From Nitrospirales bacterium (GTDB lineage: Bacteria; Nitrospirota; Nitrospiria; Nitrospirales; UBA8639): a stretch of DNA of 64,000 bases. Location of the stretch: positions 1,184,001 to 1,248,000 of the forward strand of contig CBDBCZ010000018.1 in NCBI GenBank assembly GCA_965203295.1. Direction: 5' to 3'. Position numbers and translations under genes: made by a program. Within the stretch, counting starts at the first letter, position 1. Every line of letters starts with the position of its first letter. Below the pieces are notes generated by a model. It was not told the DNA's origin. It was given only the letters and a program-made list of their open reading frames with translations, and searched no databases. This document shows positions 36,210-50,164 of the stretch, in pieces.

Positions 36210-37478
36210 TTACTGCTCTCCAGGATTCGCGACAGTAATTCCCATAATAAATGGATACCTGGCTGTGGATTCAATATGGAACTTATTGTGATCAGAACTC
36301 TTCCGAATATTATCCTCCCTCTCTCTGCCAGTGCCCCCTATTTGGAACGGTCCGACGCGCATCCCACTTGAGGTAGCAAAATGGTCCTTGTACTGACTGT
36401 AGGTGGCATCACTCATCGTTATATCAATGCACGGCTGTATTCCTGCGATAAATCCGGTTAACACCAGCGGAAGCACGCCGCCTTTGCCGAAAACGGGTTG
36501 CTTACCGCTGCCGCCTTTCGTAGAGTAGGGCGGGTTCCAGTCATCTTCAATGGCTAGCGTGCTTAGTAGGCCAGAATTGAACCAAGATGGATCGGGCCCG
36601 GCCTCAAACAGGCTGTATGCCTTAATGGCGATGTCAACGATGACGTTTTCATCTTTATTTGCGAGATCCATTTTCTGCCAATTCCCGTCACTAAAAAGTG
36701 CGAAAAAGCCCGCATCCAAGCCTGCAGTCCCTCCAGCCCAATAAGCCTCATGGGAACTTGAGGACTCCGATGCAGAAATGCTGATATTTAGGCCGTCACC
36801 ACCCTTGGCGGCAACTCGATCCGCCCACTCGTTATGATCTGGAAAGATGTAGTTTGGTCGTACTTCAATCGTGGGCCCAATCTGAGCTTTTACGAAGCCG
36901 GGCTTCGAGTCTGAGAGTTCCTGCGGTGGCGTGGCGGCACTAATGGCCGCTTGGAGGCCAGCGTTCTTCTGACCGACGACCAGGGCAAGCGCATTCAAGG
37001 CTTGTTGGTACGCAAGTTTGTCCTTATCGATAGTAGGCTTCCAGTTCTCAGCGATCCAGGTGTAGTAGTTCAGCGGTTTTTCTCCTGCACGAAGCTGTTT
37101 TGTGTAACTGGTGTAAGACACATCGGCGACCTGTCGGTCCTGCACGAGTTTATTCCGTACACGTGTCACCTGTTCCTCCGCTTCCCTTACGTGATCTTCG
37201 TTGATGCCTTTTCCAAGCGCGTTCCACAGACTCAACACTTGAAGGTACGCTTGGTGCATGTCTGCTCCGCCGGGTTTGTACTCGCCTATAGCGCTCCATT
37301 GCGGCACCTGCCCAACAAATCTGTAGGCCTCGGGATCAATGAAGCCTAAAGATGCTGTTGGCCACGTCCAGGCCTCCATTGGATTTACCAGCTGAAAGTT
37401 CTTGCGTGAACCAGCTAGCACCTGCCTGAGTATTTGCTCGTACGTCTGACCGTAGAGGTTGCTTGTCTGATCCGACAT
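36210..37478 (-). CDS. Intronless 422-aa protein of unknown family (X1), candidate beta-pore-forming protein
   Basis: Uninterrupted ATG-to-stop ORF with an end-to-end paralogue at 54507-55784. GC/CpG-richer than its flanks. AATAAA on the - strand near 35911-35916. Confidence 0.92.
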   Translation of the reverse strand: MSDQTSNLYGQTYEQILRQVLAGSRKNFQLVNPMEAWTWPTASLGFIDPEAYRFVGQVPQWSAIGEYKPGGADMHQAYLQVLSLWNALGKGINEDHVREAEEQVTRVRNKLVQDRQVADVSYTSYTKQLRAGEKPLNYYTWIAENWKPTIDKDKLAYQQALNALALVVGQKNAGLQAAISAATPPQELSDSKPGFVKAQIGPTIEVRPNYIFPDHNEWADRVAAKGGDGLNISISASESSSSHEAYWAGGTAGLDAGFFALFSDGNWQKMDLANKDENVIVDIAIKAYSLFEAGPDPSWFNSGLLSTLAIEDDWNPPYSTKGGSGKQPVFGKGGVLPLVLTGFIAGIQPCIDITMSDATYSQYKDHFATSSGMRVGPFQIGGTGREREDNIRKSSDHNKFHIESTARYPFIMGITVANPGEQ

Positions 37479-37564
37479 CGCGAGCAGCTGTCGCTAAGAA
37501 ATTGCCTAATGCAGTTATTAAATTGACTGTTTCACAGTGTGCATGGACAACTGAGAGAATAGCA

Positions 37565-37621
37565 TTTTATATATACATAATTATCTTCACATATAATTAT
37601 GACGTCGTTTGACCACGCCCC
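37565..37621 (-). promoter_or_regulatory. TATA box and GC box upstream of X1
   Basis: TATAAAA at 37571-37565, about 90 nt upstream of the ATG. GGGGCGTGG at about 37621-37613. Confidence 0.55.
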
Positions 37622-39782
37622 TTGGAAAGCGTTATAGCTAGCAAGTGGAGTTTTGCATGTGAAAACTTTGGAGAATGAATATTCACTGCGCAATCAAAAG
37701 GGAGTGGCCAGGAAGCATTGTGTCCATTAAGGCAATGCTACTGAGTGTTTTATATCTACAAGCCCTTGTTTAAAAAAAAGGACGTGATCTGATTCACATT
37801 GGCTCTAGGATCTAAAGCTAGCTATATCTTGCAGTGAAACCATTTGTTTCTAGTAGCTGTACGCTACCATACTTACCAAACTTCAGAGCATTTTAAAGAC
37901 ATCTTTTGGAGAAGAAAAGAAGGTTAGCTACGTGCTAAAAGATAGGAAGAGGAGTACAATTGAACAGTATCAGAGCTCTGGGAAAGTGTCTGCATCTGTA
38001 ACCTTCGTACAAGTGCATTACGATAGCTATGTCTGCCCTGAGGAAGACAGCCGCCCAGCAGTCAAAACGTCATTAATTTTGAAGATTAAAGTTTTGAGAA
38101 GCTGAAGATTGAAAGAAACTACCGAGAAACAACTGAGATCTTTCAAATGAAGATGGATGTTTTTGGCACAATAGCTATATAATCATGCATGCATTGCACT
38201 GAAAACACACACTAACGTGACTAAAATACAATGCACAGGACAGTTGTGTAGTCTGTCTTCCTTACATTGTTAGTATATTATGTTACTATAGTAACAAGTG
38301 TATGGAATAATGTTCATAGAGTACAGTTAGAATCTCATAGAGCATAAGAAGCTGAAGATGTGCATATAAAATGGCTCCGAGCATGAGCAGCTCTATGTTC
38401 TAGCTAGACCTCGGCTTCGCCTCAGCCTAGTTAGAACATAGCTGCCCATGCTCTAAGCTATACTTAGTAAATTCGAATTGCAGAGTGATGGAAATTGTCA
38501 GGAAATAAATAAGGCCATTAATGTGACCAATAGAGCCACTATGGTTTGTTTGTGTTACTAGGGTAATCCTCCTTTTGGAAGCCTACATAATATAAATCCT
38601 GGCCTAAACATTGTTGGTTTGTTGTCACTAGCTTGACTGGGAGTGGCCAGGAGGAAAACCATTTCCTCTTGTATGTTTAACAAACATCAGCACTTTGATG
38701 TTTATGTAGCAATCATAATATCTATGTATATTCTCAGCTCGCTGTTCAAAGTGAGCTGAGCCTAAGAGGTAATAGTGGCTACGTAAATGCAATGAAACAC
38801 ACAGTCATATTGTGCTACTCTTACTAATATATGTTTTAAACCATGCATTTTTTAGACAAACCTCGCTGAGCCTAACATTATCCTCCTCCAACTTCATTGC
38901 TGCAGTGTTGTAGTTTAGCACAGCCAGCTAGCTAGCTACAGCATACCCTGGTTGGCATACACAGTCTAACATCTCATGCTAACCTTTTCTGAGAGGAGTA
39001 GCTAGCTATAGTTTCAGCCACGGCAGACAGAGTTCCAGTGCCCTGCGTGCAACAGTCAGCGACTCACGTGCCATTATCTCAAGTTGCTGGGAAAGAGGCT
39101 GTTCAGTTTGAAAGCAGCCGGGATAGATTTAGGTTCCTTCCAAGAAACCATTTATGGCAGCGATGCAATTACCAGTTTCGAAGAATTTTATTTCCTTATT
39201 GTCTTTGAGAAATTTAGAAATCCTCTCATTTTATGTTTCCATCTTTGCTATCCGGAGGCTCAATGATTCGAGCAGTAGCTAGCTATTTTCAGAAACTACT
39301 TCGATTTCCTGGTAACCAAACTGAAAGTGGAACTGAATCATGCCACATGGCATGAAATACTTGTATCTGCCATGCTGTCTTTATTCCCTTCTTCAACTCC
39401 TACCTACAATAGACCTTCCCTGCGATTGGCAGCCTCCTCTTGAATTTTTTTACAGAACTAGGACCAGTGTATGGTTGAGTATTCTCATGGGTAGTGGCTG
39501 AATTTGTCTTACAAGAGGTCTGCAACAGGTGACTCTGCAGCAGCAGTGCAGCAAAGAGAAGCATCTGTCAGTGAGCACTATACTGAAACTTACGGTATGG
39601 AATCTGGACAATATAGGGTCCACGCCGGTGTCATGCATAAAATTTAATCAGCCAAAACCATATACAACAAACACCACTAGCTACCCATGTTAAAGTAGCT
39701 ATTGGTCTCATTCTGCATTGTACATAAACCATTAGAAACCCAATCTTCATTTCGTACAAAGCTAAGCATGGATGTTCTTCAC

Positions 39783-40527
39783 TCATGTTGCTGCCGTAGC
39801 GCTTACGTCATCGACCACGCACCCACATACGCAGGCGGAGCTTGAAAGATCTCCAGTTAGAGGACAAGAGCAAAAGCAACCATCCTGATCGCCATATAAT
39901 TTATTCTTCCTAGTATCCCAGATTAATAAAATAAAACTCTTAACTAGCCTTAATAAAGCCTTAAAATCATATCTTTCCCAATTCTCACACCCTAAAACAA
40001 AGCCCGTCCTCTCGAAAGTATTGAGACAAACTAAACTCTTTAAAACTTCCACCCAACAGATTGTCTAAGTCTTCCATGAAAGTATTTCTAGTAGTATCAT
40101 ACGCAGGACACTCCCAGAGCACATGTACTACACTCTCGCATTCATCCCCACATAGCTTACACTGCCTTTCATCATTTTACCCCATTGTCTTCCAAATTCT
40201 TCATTCAGACCATTAGTACCAGACCTAAACTTAAACATCAATCGTGTTCCTGGATCCCCAACCCCCTGCAAGTAATTTGTAAATTCTATATTTCCTTACA
40301 ATAAGTCTTGTAAACTAAGTTGAACTTTACTATTTATGCCATCATTAAAATCTTTATATTCTATGTATCTCAATGCTTCATCTACTCTCTCTAAAAACAA
40401 ATTTACATTATAATATTCAGCTAGTATTTCCCGGCCATCTACATTTAACTGCAGCAACAATTCACTAATTACTTTCCTCCAGGTTTTCCTCTGCTTACCC
40501 CTACATGGCTTCACTTCCCACTGTCTA
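39783..40527 (-). mobile_element. 3' relic of a non-LTR retrotransposon
   Basis: Broken frame gives RLMFKFRSGTNGLNEE and CKLCGDECESVVHVLWECPAY, a C-terminal CCHC zinc knuckle of LINE ORF2. Confidence 0.85.
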
Positions 40528-40599
40528 CTAGTAATCTAGGATATCGGAAGGCCGAGCTGTGCCCCACTGAGGATGATGACCATGAGAAACAAAGGTAGC

Positions 40600-43500
40600 A
40601 CTCCTTGTAGCCAAGTTACCTGAGGAAGAACTGAATAGATGGAACAGGCAGTTCACAAAGTTTGTGAATGTGCAGGGCCAGTTTAAACAGCACAAACTAG
40701 ATAAAGTCAACCAAAGCCCGATGAGGCCAGAATTAGGTAATTTCTAACAAAAGAAGAATTTGAGGAAGCTGTGGAAATTTGAAGAATGATAGCGAAGGTG
40801 GAAACTCCAGGATCCTTAATTCACTCACCTTCTCGTGCACTGAGAGCAAGTGGACACAAAATGAAGTATGGAGGCGTACAGCAGAAGCTACCAAAGGACT
40901 GGGTGGACACAGTTCTGCTACCAATGTCAATCTCAGGAACTGTGACAATTGGAGAGGAATTGCCTTAATTACTTTATGTTGTTGGAAAGGTTCTTGCTTG
41001 TGTGCTACTGGGGAGGCTACAGAGTCTAGTAGAGGAGGAATACTGGAATCTAACTGCTGGTTCAGGAGTGGAAGGAATTGCGCCAAGACTATTTTTGCTG
41101 TCCATCAGCTGGTCGAGAAAGCCCAATAACATAGGGCAAAATCATTTTATTTCCTGTGCAGACTTAAAGAAGGCCTATGATTCTGTGCCTAGAAGCACAC
41201 TGTGGATAGCATTGAGCAAGCTAGGAGTCCCAGAGAGAACAGTTTGTCTCATCAGGTCCTTTCATGAAAATGAGTCTTCAGGAGAGTTAGACATCAAGAA
41301 AGGCAAGAGACAGTGGTGCTGCATGGCATGCACCTGTAGCTACTATTCAATCTGTACACCTGTCTAGCAGTAGAGAGGTGGGACAAAAAAAAAACAACAA
41401 AAAAACGAAGAATATCAACGGCTCAGGAATTTAAATAAGATTCAAGTATGACCAGCAGCTGTTCCACAGGTACACCCGCAATGCACCCATAATGCTGAGA
41501 GAGCACTCTATCTACCTGCTTGTTTATAGATGATGCAGCGCTTCTCACAACAACACCTACTGTAGCCACTACAACTGTCCAAGAGTTCCAATCAACACCT
41601 GCGGATCTTGGACTCACGCTTAGTCCCCCACAACCACATATGGCTACTGTAAGAGATGTGAGAGTGTTGGGAATGAAAGATTCCCTGTGGATGGTGTGGA
41701 GATTAAAGACGTCAAGGACTTTCCCTGTCTTCGCTCTGTGATATCACCTACAGGCAGATTGCCAATGCATGTTGATGTTGAAAACGTTTAGCCCAAGCCT
41801 CGAAGGCCTTCGGTTCTCTACGCAAGCCTATATTCCTAGTTCACAATCTAACAAACCCAACAAAGAGAAACTCTTGAAGCATGTGTCCTGTCACTACTCC
41901 TCTATGTATCTGAGTGTTGGATCTCACTACAGAGCCATCAGAGAAAGTTAACCTCCTTCCACTATTGTTGTATACGTGCCATACTGCAAATAACCAACAG
42001 ACAGCAATGGGCACAACACATTACAATGAAGGAGATCAGAAGATGATGGTGTAACCTCGACACAGTTTTAGATAAGACAGGTTTGAGTGGCCTGCATACC
42101 AGATCACACAGTACATAAGATGGCATTGTTTGGATGGCTGCCACATGCAGCCCCGTTTAGATGTTGATTGAAAAGGAGGTGGCCGGATATAGTCCGCCAA
42201 GACTTGAGAGATATCAATCTGAATGAAAACGAGGAGTATAGTAAAGCCACACATTCACCCACGTGGCGCACTCATTACAGAGCTGACTGTGAGCACTACC
42301 AAGATGGCAGCCATGAGGCAGACAGTGTAAGTAAGACAGGATGTACTCTGCAGGACGGCAGCCGGTCCTTCAGATGAGAGAGTGATATGAAGAGACACAA
42401 GTAGTTTGTAGAATGGACCAAACCATTCTCTTAGCAACAAGAAGCCGAAAAATGCATTGAATCATGCCAGACATGGTTTCATAGCCATCGTGGGCTCGCA
42501 GTCCATGTTTGTAGACCAACAACCTAGGAGTTCCAATCAACACCTGCGGATTTTGGACTCACGCTTAGTCCCCCACAACCAGATATGGCTACTGTAAGAG
42601 ATGTGAGAGTGTTGGGAATGAAAGATTCCCTGTAGATGGTGTGGAGATTAAAGACGTCAAGAACTTTTCCTATCTTCGCTCTGTGATATCACCTACAGGC
42701 AGATTGCCAATGCATGTTGATGTTGAAAACGTTTAGCCCAAGCCTCGAAGGCCTTCGGTTCTCTACGCAAGCCTATATTCCTAGTTCACAATCTAACAAA
42801 CCCAACAAAGAGAAACTCTTGAAGCATGTGTCCTGTCACTACTCCTCTATGTATCTGAGTGTTGGATCTCACTACAGAGCCATCAGAGAAAGTTAACCTC
42901 CTTCCACTATTGTTGTATACGTGCCATACTGAGATAACCAACAGACAGCAATGGGCACAACACATTACAATGAAGGAGATCAGAAGATGATGGTGTAACC
43001 TCGACACAGTTTTAGATAAGACAGGTTTGAGTGGCCTGCATACCAGATCACACAGTACATAAGATGGCATTGTTTGGATGGCTGCCACATGCAGCCCCGT
43101 TTAGATGTTGATTGAAAAGGAGGTGGCCGGATATAGTCCGCCAAGACTTGAGAGATATCAATCTGAATGAAAACGAGGAGTATAGTAAAGCCACACATTC
43201 ACCCACGTGGCGCACTCATTACAGAGCTGACTGTGAGCACTACCAAGATGGCAGCCATGAGGCAGACAGTGTAAGTAAGACAGGATGTACTCTGCAGGAC
43301 GGCAGCCGGTCCTTCAGATGAGAGAGTGATATGAAGAGACACAAGTAGTTTGTAGAATGGACCAAACCATTCTCTTAGCAACAAGAAGCCGAAAAATGCA
43401 TTGAATCATGCCAGACATGGTTTCATAGCCATCGTGGGCTCGCAGTCCATGTTTGTAGACCAACAACCTAGGAGTTCCAATCAACACCTGCGGATTTTGG

Positions 43501-44400
43501 ACTCACGCTTAGTCCCCCACAACCAGATATGGCTACTGTAAGAGATGTGAGAGTGTTGGGAATGAAACATTCCCTGTAGATGGTGTGGAGATTAAAGACG
43601 TCAAGGACTTTTCCTATCTTCGCTCTGTGATATCACCTACAGGCAGATTGCCAATGGATGTTGACGTTGAAAACGTTTAGCCCAAGCCTCGAAGGCCTTC
43701 GGTACTCTACGCAAGCCTGTATTCCTAGATCACAATCTAACAAACCCAACAAAGAGAAACTCTTGAAGCATGTGTCCTGTCACTACTCCTCTATGGATCT
43801 GAGTGTTGGATCTCACTACAGAGCCATCAGAGAAAGTTAACCTCCTTCCACTATTGTTGTATACGTGCCATACTGCAAATAACCAATAGACAGAAATGGG
43901 CACAACACATTACAATGAAGGAGATCAGAAGACGATGGTGTAACAACGCCACAGTTTTGGATAAGATCAATAAACCCAGGTTTGAGTGGCCTGCAAACCA
44001 GATCACACAGTACATAAGATGGCATTGTTTGGATGGCTGCCACATGCAGCCCCGTTTAGATGTTGATTGAAAAGGAGGTGGCCGGATATAGTCCGCCAAG
44101 ACTTGAGAGATATCAATCTGAATGAAGACGAGGAGTATAGTAAAGCCTCCACACATTCGCCCACGTGGCGCACTCTTTACAGAGCTGACTGTGAGCACTA
44201 CCAAGATGGCAGCCATGAGGCAGACAGTGTGAGTAAGACAGGATGTACTCTGCAGGACGTGCAACCGGTCCTTCAGACGAGAGAGTGATATAAAGAGACA
44301 CAAGTAGTTTGTAGAATGGACCAAACCATTCTCTTAGCAACAAGGAGCCGCAAAATGCATTGAATCATGCCAGAAATGGTTTCAACAACCGGACCAATGC
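40600..44400 (+). mobile_element. Degenerate RTE-like LINE whose 3' part is tandemly triplicated
   Basis: RT relic motifs NWRGIAL, FRSGR, DLKKAYDSVPR, FIDDAALL and KRRWPDIVRQDL, with many frameshifts. Confidence 0.88.
41583..44400 (+). repeat. About 945-bp tandem triplication (units start at 41583, 42528 and 43472)
   Basis: Near-identical ORF fragments recur at 41769, 42714 and 43658. Confidence 0.97.
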
Positions 44401-45580
44401 TAGGAGTTAGCTAACACCTTGTTCCCCTCTAATGGGGTAGTGTGACAGATATACGGCAGCTCATAAACAGGCACAGGATAGGTGTGCGTGCATGTGTGTG
44501 TGTGTGTGACGGTGTATTTGACTGTGTCTGTGGGAGTTAGGGGATATTGGGGGTGAAAAAGTGGCTTTGGAAGGGCACTAGCTTGTCCATTACTTCATGA
44601 GTTATCAAAAACGACCGGGTTTTGGTTGTATCGTTAGTTTTTAATTTGTATCGTGGTAGGATGATCGCAAGTTCAGTTCAATAAACAGTTGCAGTCTCCA
44701 GTGACACTAATGCTAGTTGTCAGGGGAGTTCTCAGATTGATCAGCGAACAACCACAGGTTTCAGCCCTTTTAAGCTCCTGACCTGAGGCTGCCTATTGAG
44801 GGGTGGGACCACTCCCAGAGTGAAGTCCAGCACATGGGTGGAGAAAATTTTAGCACGTCACTTATCAATAAGAATATTAATTACAGGCAGCTTCATGTGT
44901 TATTACTTTTGTGGTTGTGATTATAGTAACCATTATTGATAGCAGCAATGCAATTTAATCCGTAGTCGAATACTTCTAAGTGTTATTGTAAAGGATATAT
45001 TTTGATCCACTTTCTCTGCCATGTGGAAGTCGGTATTTTGTTTATTAAAATATTCTTCTCCTTTTTAGCTAGTTTGAGAATTAGAGGTATGCATATCATA
45101 ACCACTGAATAGCTACTGCTATTCAATAATTATTGTTGTAATTGTAGATGGAAGTAGATATATGCCACGTCGCTATGGAAACGATAAGAGAATACACACC
45201 TCATCAAAAGTCGACATAGTATATATCATATGAACCATGGCCAATCGATGAATATCATTGCAGCTATACGAACCACCTGCTGGTATTCGAAGGTTTCTCG
45301 AGGCATATTCCCAAAAACCTCCTCCACAGCAGGTGGTGTAGCTATCACTGATATATACACTTTTTATATATAACATAGCCACCAGCACTGTAAGCTACTT
45401 TTGGTAGCAAGCTCTTGAGTTCAAGACGTGCTTTTTAAACACTTACAGCATGCTGACCTTGTAGGTCTATGATGTAACATATATGTGGTTTGGTGATGTG
45501 TATGGCCTAGCTATGTAGCCACAGAGTACTTTCTCCCATACATTCGTGGGTGTTTGTGGAATGTAGCATACATATACATA

Positions 45581-45740
<160 letters not shown>

Positions 45741-46984
45741 GGTGACTTATACTTCCATACACAAATTATTGTGTAGCACAGGGTTGTAATTCTGTGTACA
45801 GACACATTTTGTGTCCAACTGCCATTCCACTTGAGTATACTGTTCTCACTCTCACTGTATTCTAATTGGCTTACACACACTGAAGATGGCCATTGTCTAT
45901 TTGAGCGTGCAGGGGAGATGGGGGACCTCAACACACTCTACGTTTACGTACAACTAGCTACTGAGAGCAGGTGGACAGGGGAGGGGGATACAAAATTAAC
46001 CATAGCGGACACTATAGTTCCTTCATGGACACCAATGGTGAGAACTGGCGACACCAATATTAAATTTAAGGTCCATGCATACATTGACAAAATATGTTCC
46101 TCATATTATTCTCTTCCCTATTTTTGGGCTTTATACTTGATACATTAATTGTTACGTGACACTTAACATGGAAGAATTAATTTTGTGAAAATTAATATTG
46201 AGAATAATACTGAGATCATTGTGAGTGTGGTGTTTTGTAAAACAGGCCTCTAGCTAATTATTGTATGCCTGAGATGGTGAATGCAAGCATGCAGTTTAGT
46301 ACAGTATCCTAAATTTTATGTAGGCAATAGGTAGCTAAGTGATAAATCATGCGAAAGCCATTATTCTCAGAGGTCTCAATATTGTACCTTTAATTTCAGC
46401 AAAAGTACCCCACACTCGGAGGGCCATACTTGAATAAAGGTACGATGCACACCCATGCACCAAGTTGGTTGGTTGTTTTGGCAGGTCAGCAAAAAAAATA
46501 CCCAAAAACTAGGAGATTTTTTTGTAGACAAGAGTTTAGATTTTGGCAGTACAAGCGGTAGATGATGCCTCATATCCATTATATATATATATCACAGTTT
46601 GTGTACAGCTTGCATGTGCTTGCATGCAATAGTGACTTCAACATGCACTGATCTCACGTCGTTGCATTCACTCATGGTCGCTTAATCAGTAAGTTCAAAG
46701 TAAGGGTTGGGTCGAATTATCATGTCATTGCACAATTAATTAATTAAATATGACGTAATTAATTTCAATGAGTGCAGTAAGCATGGGGAAAAGTGGTTGC
46801 CATGGTAATGTATATTAATTTGTACCATAATGCACCTCTACATGAAAGGCACCGCCCAGGGCATATCAGCCACACTTCAAACTGTCAAACTGTTTGCAAC
46901 TAATTAAGGCTTCTCCATTACCGCTTGCCAAAACTAACAGTGTCTGTAATTGTAGTATGGTACATGTCACCACTTGTACATGTA

Positions 46985-47781
46985 CAGTGGAACCCCTCTT
47001 AACACTTTGCTCGCGGCCTTTTCATTACGCAATCTGACGTGTGAGCGGAATTTAATTAAAACTAAATTGAATATTCGATAGACAAGCTTATAGGACGCTA
47101 GAAACTATTCTATACGCTCAGTTGTACCAGATAAAGCTTACAGTAACTTCAATCACACATACTAAAGCCTCAGGAAGCTTCACAAAGCCTACCAGAGCTG
47201 TAAAAGGCTGGCTACAATAGGCGGTTGATACTTACCCAAGTAGGTCCATCAAATTATTCAAGCGATCCAGTGCCCTGCTAGGGACTGAGGCGGTGAAAGA
47301 AGATACAGATGTAGTCCAGAGAACCTTAGGCAGCCACACAAGCAGCGTGAAACAACAGTAGCGGCATCCACACGCCGTTCTAGGCGCTTGTCTCGATCAG
47401 CAGCCATGGCTACGTCTCGTGGTCGACCGTATTTCCGGTTGTAGCGCTTCGTGGTATGGAGCTTGCGTCAACAAAAGCTTGTTATAGACAGGGGAACTCC
47501 CCTGCTGACTATCAGTACTAAAAATCAGAGCTTATCAAAACGTAATACAGACGTAGAAGCTAATAAGCTAAGCGGCCAATAATATTGGCCCTCCGCGCTA
47601 CGCACGTTTACTTAGCGGGCCAATAATATATTCTGAAATCAGGACACCTCTGTATTGAGGACACTTTGCTAAGTCCCAATTATGTTTTCTTAATGTAAAC
47701 TTACCCCTGAAATGAGGACACCTCTCTATACAGGACACTTTACCAGGTCCCCAAGGTGTCCACAATAGAGGGGTTCCACTG
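46985..47781. mobile_element. pogo-like MITE interrupted by an insertion of about 630 bp beginning at a TTAA
   Basis: TA|CAGTGGAACCCCTCT ... AGAGGGGTTCCACTG|TA. The MITE body resumes at about 47632. Confidence 0.8.
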
Positions 47782-47999
47782 TATCATGGGCTTCTAGGGT
47801 GTATGGGTTTGTACTCTTCGTGCAGTTATATGTATGTGTAAAACATTATAACTGCCCCCAGAGTACAAATCCCATGGTTACCGTACAACTATTACTTGCA
47901 GAATATTTCTTTCCTATTCAGCTAGTGAACAAGTTAACATTACATACTCAGATAACATTTTTTGAATTTCTCACTTGAAAAATTGATGGGTTAATATGA

Positions 48000-48325
48000 T
48001 TGCCATGACTGGCTTCCTAACTTTCCAGCAACTATATATGGCACAGCTCCAGGAATAAGACGATTGCTGTGTCTGGCTTCCTAACTGGAAAACATGCTGT
48101 ACAGCAACTATTATATTAGCACAGCTCCAGGAATAAGATGATTGCTGTGTCTGGTTTCCTAACTGGAAACATGCTGTACAGCGACTATATATGGCACACC
48201 TCCAGGAATAAGATGATTGCTGTGTGTGGCTTCTTAACTGGAAAATGTTTTACCTATACACACATGCATATAATTCCAGGAATAACACAATTCCTGTGAC
48301 TGGCTTCCAAACTGGAATATGTTTT
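48000..48325 (+). repeat. About 5 diverged units of the GTGACTGGCTTCCTAACTGGAA satellite family
   Basis: Same motif as the arrays at 50165 (inverted) and 52940. Confidence 0.85.
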
Positions 48326-50164
48326 TTTTTCTAAAACGATGCATAGCTACATTTTCAAAAGTTTCACTTCAACCCAGTTAGGCTTGTCTCAGTTGCAAGT
48401 TCCCTCCCAAAAAATATTGTAATTGTAGTTTGACAACATGGTTACTAGTGTACGAAGGCAGGAATTAGGCCTCAAAGTGTCGCCAATATGTTACTGAGAG
48501 TTTTTCTTGTACATGAAACTCGGCATATGAAGTGGAGGTGATTCCTGTAATTGTATACTACCGCCTTTATTCTATTATTACACAAGATCCAATTTAACGC
48601 AAGAAATTGTGATTCTAGAAATTTATTATGAATCTAATTTAGCGCAAGTCCATCACTAATTATTTTAAGCTGAATCCAATCTAACACAAGAGGTGTACAA
48701 CTCAAGAAAATATACTTTGTAAATTGCATTATAAACTATTAGCTAAGGAAACTGTTACTCAGTGAAGTCCACAAATGGCTGTGAGTCTTCACTAAATGGC
48801 TCTTCTGAGTCTTCTGGTTCTTTCTGCCTATGTGAAACCTTGAGCCTACCTCTTGAAAAAACTGGCTACTGCCAAAGTGGCTAAACCACTCCTTTACAAC
48901 GCATGATCTAATCTAGAGCAAGCAATTCTATTGCAGGAATTTTCAATGAATCTAATTTAGTGCAAACAAAACTAAAATTAATTTATTTGCTGGCATAATA
49001 ATAGAATGAAGACGGTATATATACACCATTGAATCGAATTGTACTATATGGAGAAATATGAGTTAAAAACGGACACACACCCACAGCAATTATAATGTAT
49101 TAATAACATGGTGATAATATCTGCCTTAACAATCACTATACAAAATTTTAAGTACTCATTTTCTACACTGGGATTGGAGTAGAAAAAATTAAAGCATAGA
49201 AAGGGAGCCAAATAACTATGATTAAAGTAGAAGATCACTCATATCTATGCCATGAATTCACCATTGTGTTTACCTGCATGGGAGTATGAATTCATATTAC
49301 ACTGAGGTAACTAAACAATTTAACTACGAGAAACATGACTATCAGTAGGCCATTGCTACCAGAACTAACTTCGCGAATGAAAGTGAACTGCGGGCAGAGC
49401 AATGAATGTGGTTTGGGAACGAAATTGACTCGGAATGGAACATAAAGTTGGTACATGGTATGCGTGCAGACAATGGCTTCATGTGGCATTAATACATGTT
49501 ATCATACATATCATACATATAATTCAGGCTAAAAATGGCATGACGAAATCTTTCATTGCGTTGGTGAGTTTGATATCAAACTAAAGTATATTTGCTGAAG
49601 ATTACTGCACTGAATTGGGTTAAGGCATAGATCCCTCCTTTTATATGATCTATAAGCTGTTTTGATGTCCCTCTTTTTGTTTCACATTCCTGGTTCCATG
49701 TTATTCCATTGACAGAGTAATGAACAATTCTTTTTTAGCTAAAAATGACAGAGCTTAAACAAATCATATTATCATAATTCTGGTATCTGTAGATAGCTAA
49801 CAAACTGTAGTTTACTGTTGTGAGTTGGGCTAAAATGAATTGTGCTTCATTGCATGATTTCCTGAAAAAATAGCGAACTTTCAATACAAAAACCACCCCA
49901 TGGTCCTGCCATTGACACCTTTCAGGTGAGAATGACAGTGGATGTCCTATACTATTCCATGTAGTGATACAACAGAAAGTTAGCTACATAGCTCACTGTG
50001 AAAATGAAATTGTTGTTTAACTTCCTGATAAGTTGTTGCAGTGGTTGTAGTCTCCGTTCCACAAAGGCAACTCAACCATTGTGTTCTATAGTAGCTGCTT
50101 TGTATATAATATGCATGGGCATCATGATGGTTCACTCACCACAATCATACCCCACACATACAGA

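Noticed and set aside
36210..37478. Bacterial contamination or prophage as the source of X1/X2
   Set aside because: Single genes with no operon neighbours, flanked by host-type repeats and TATA boxes.
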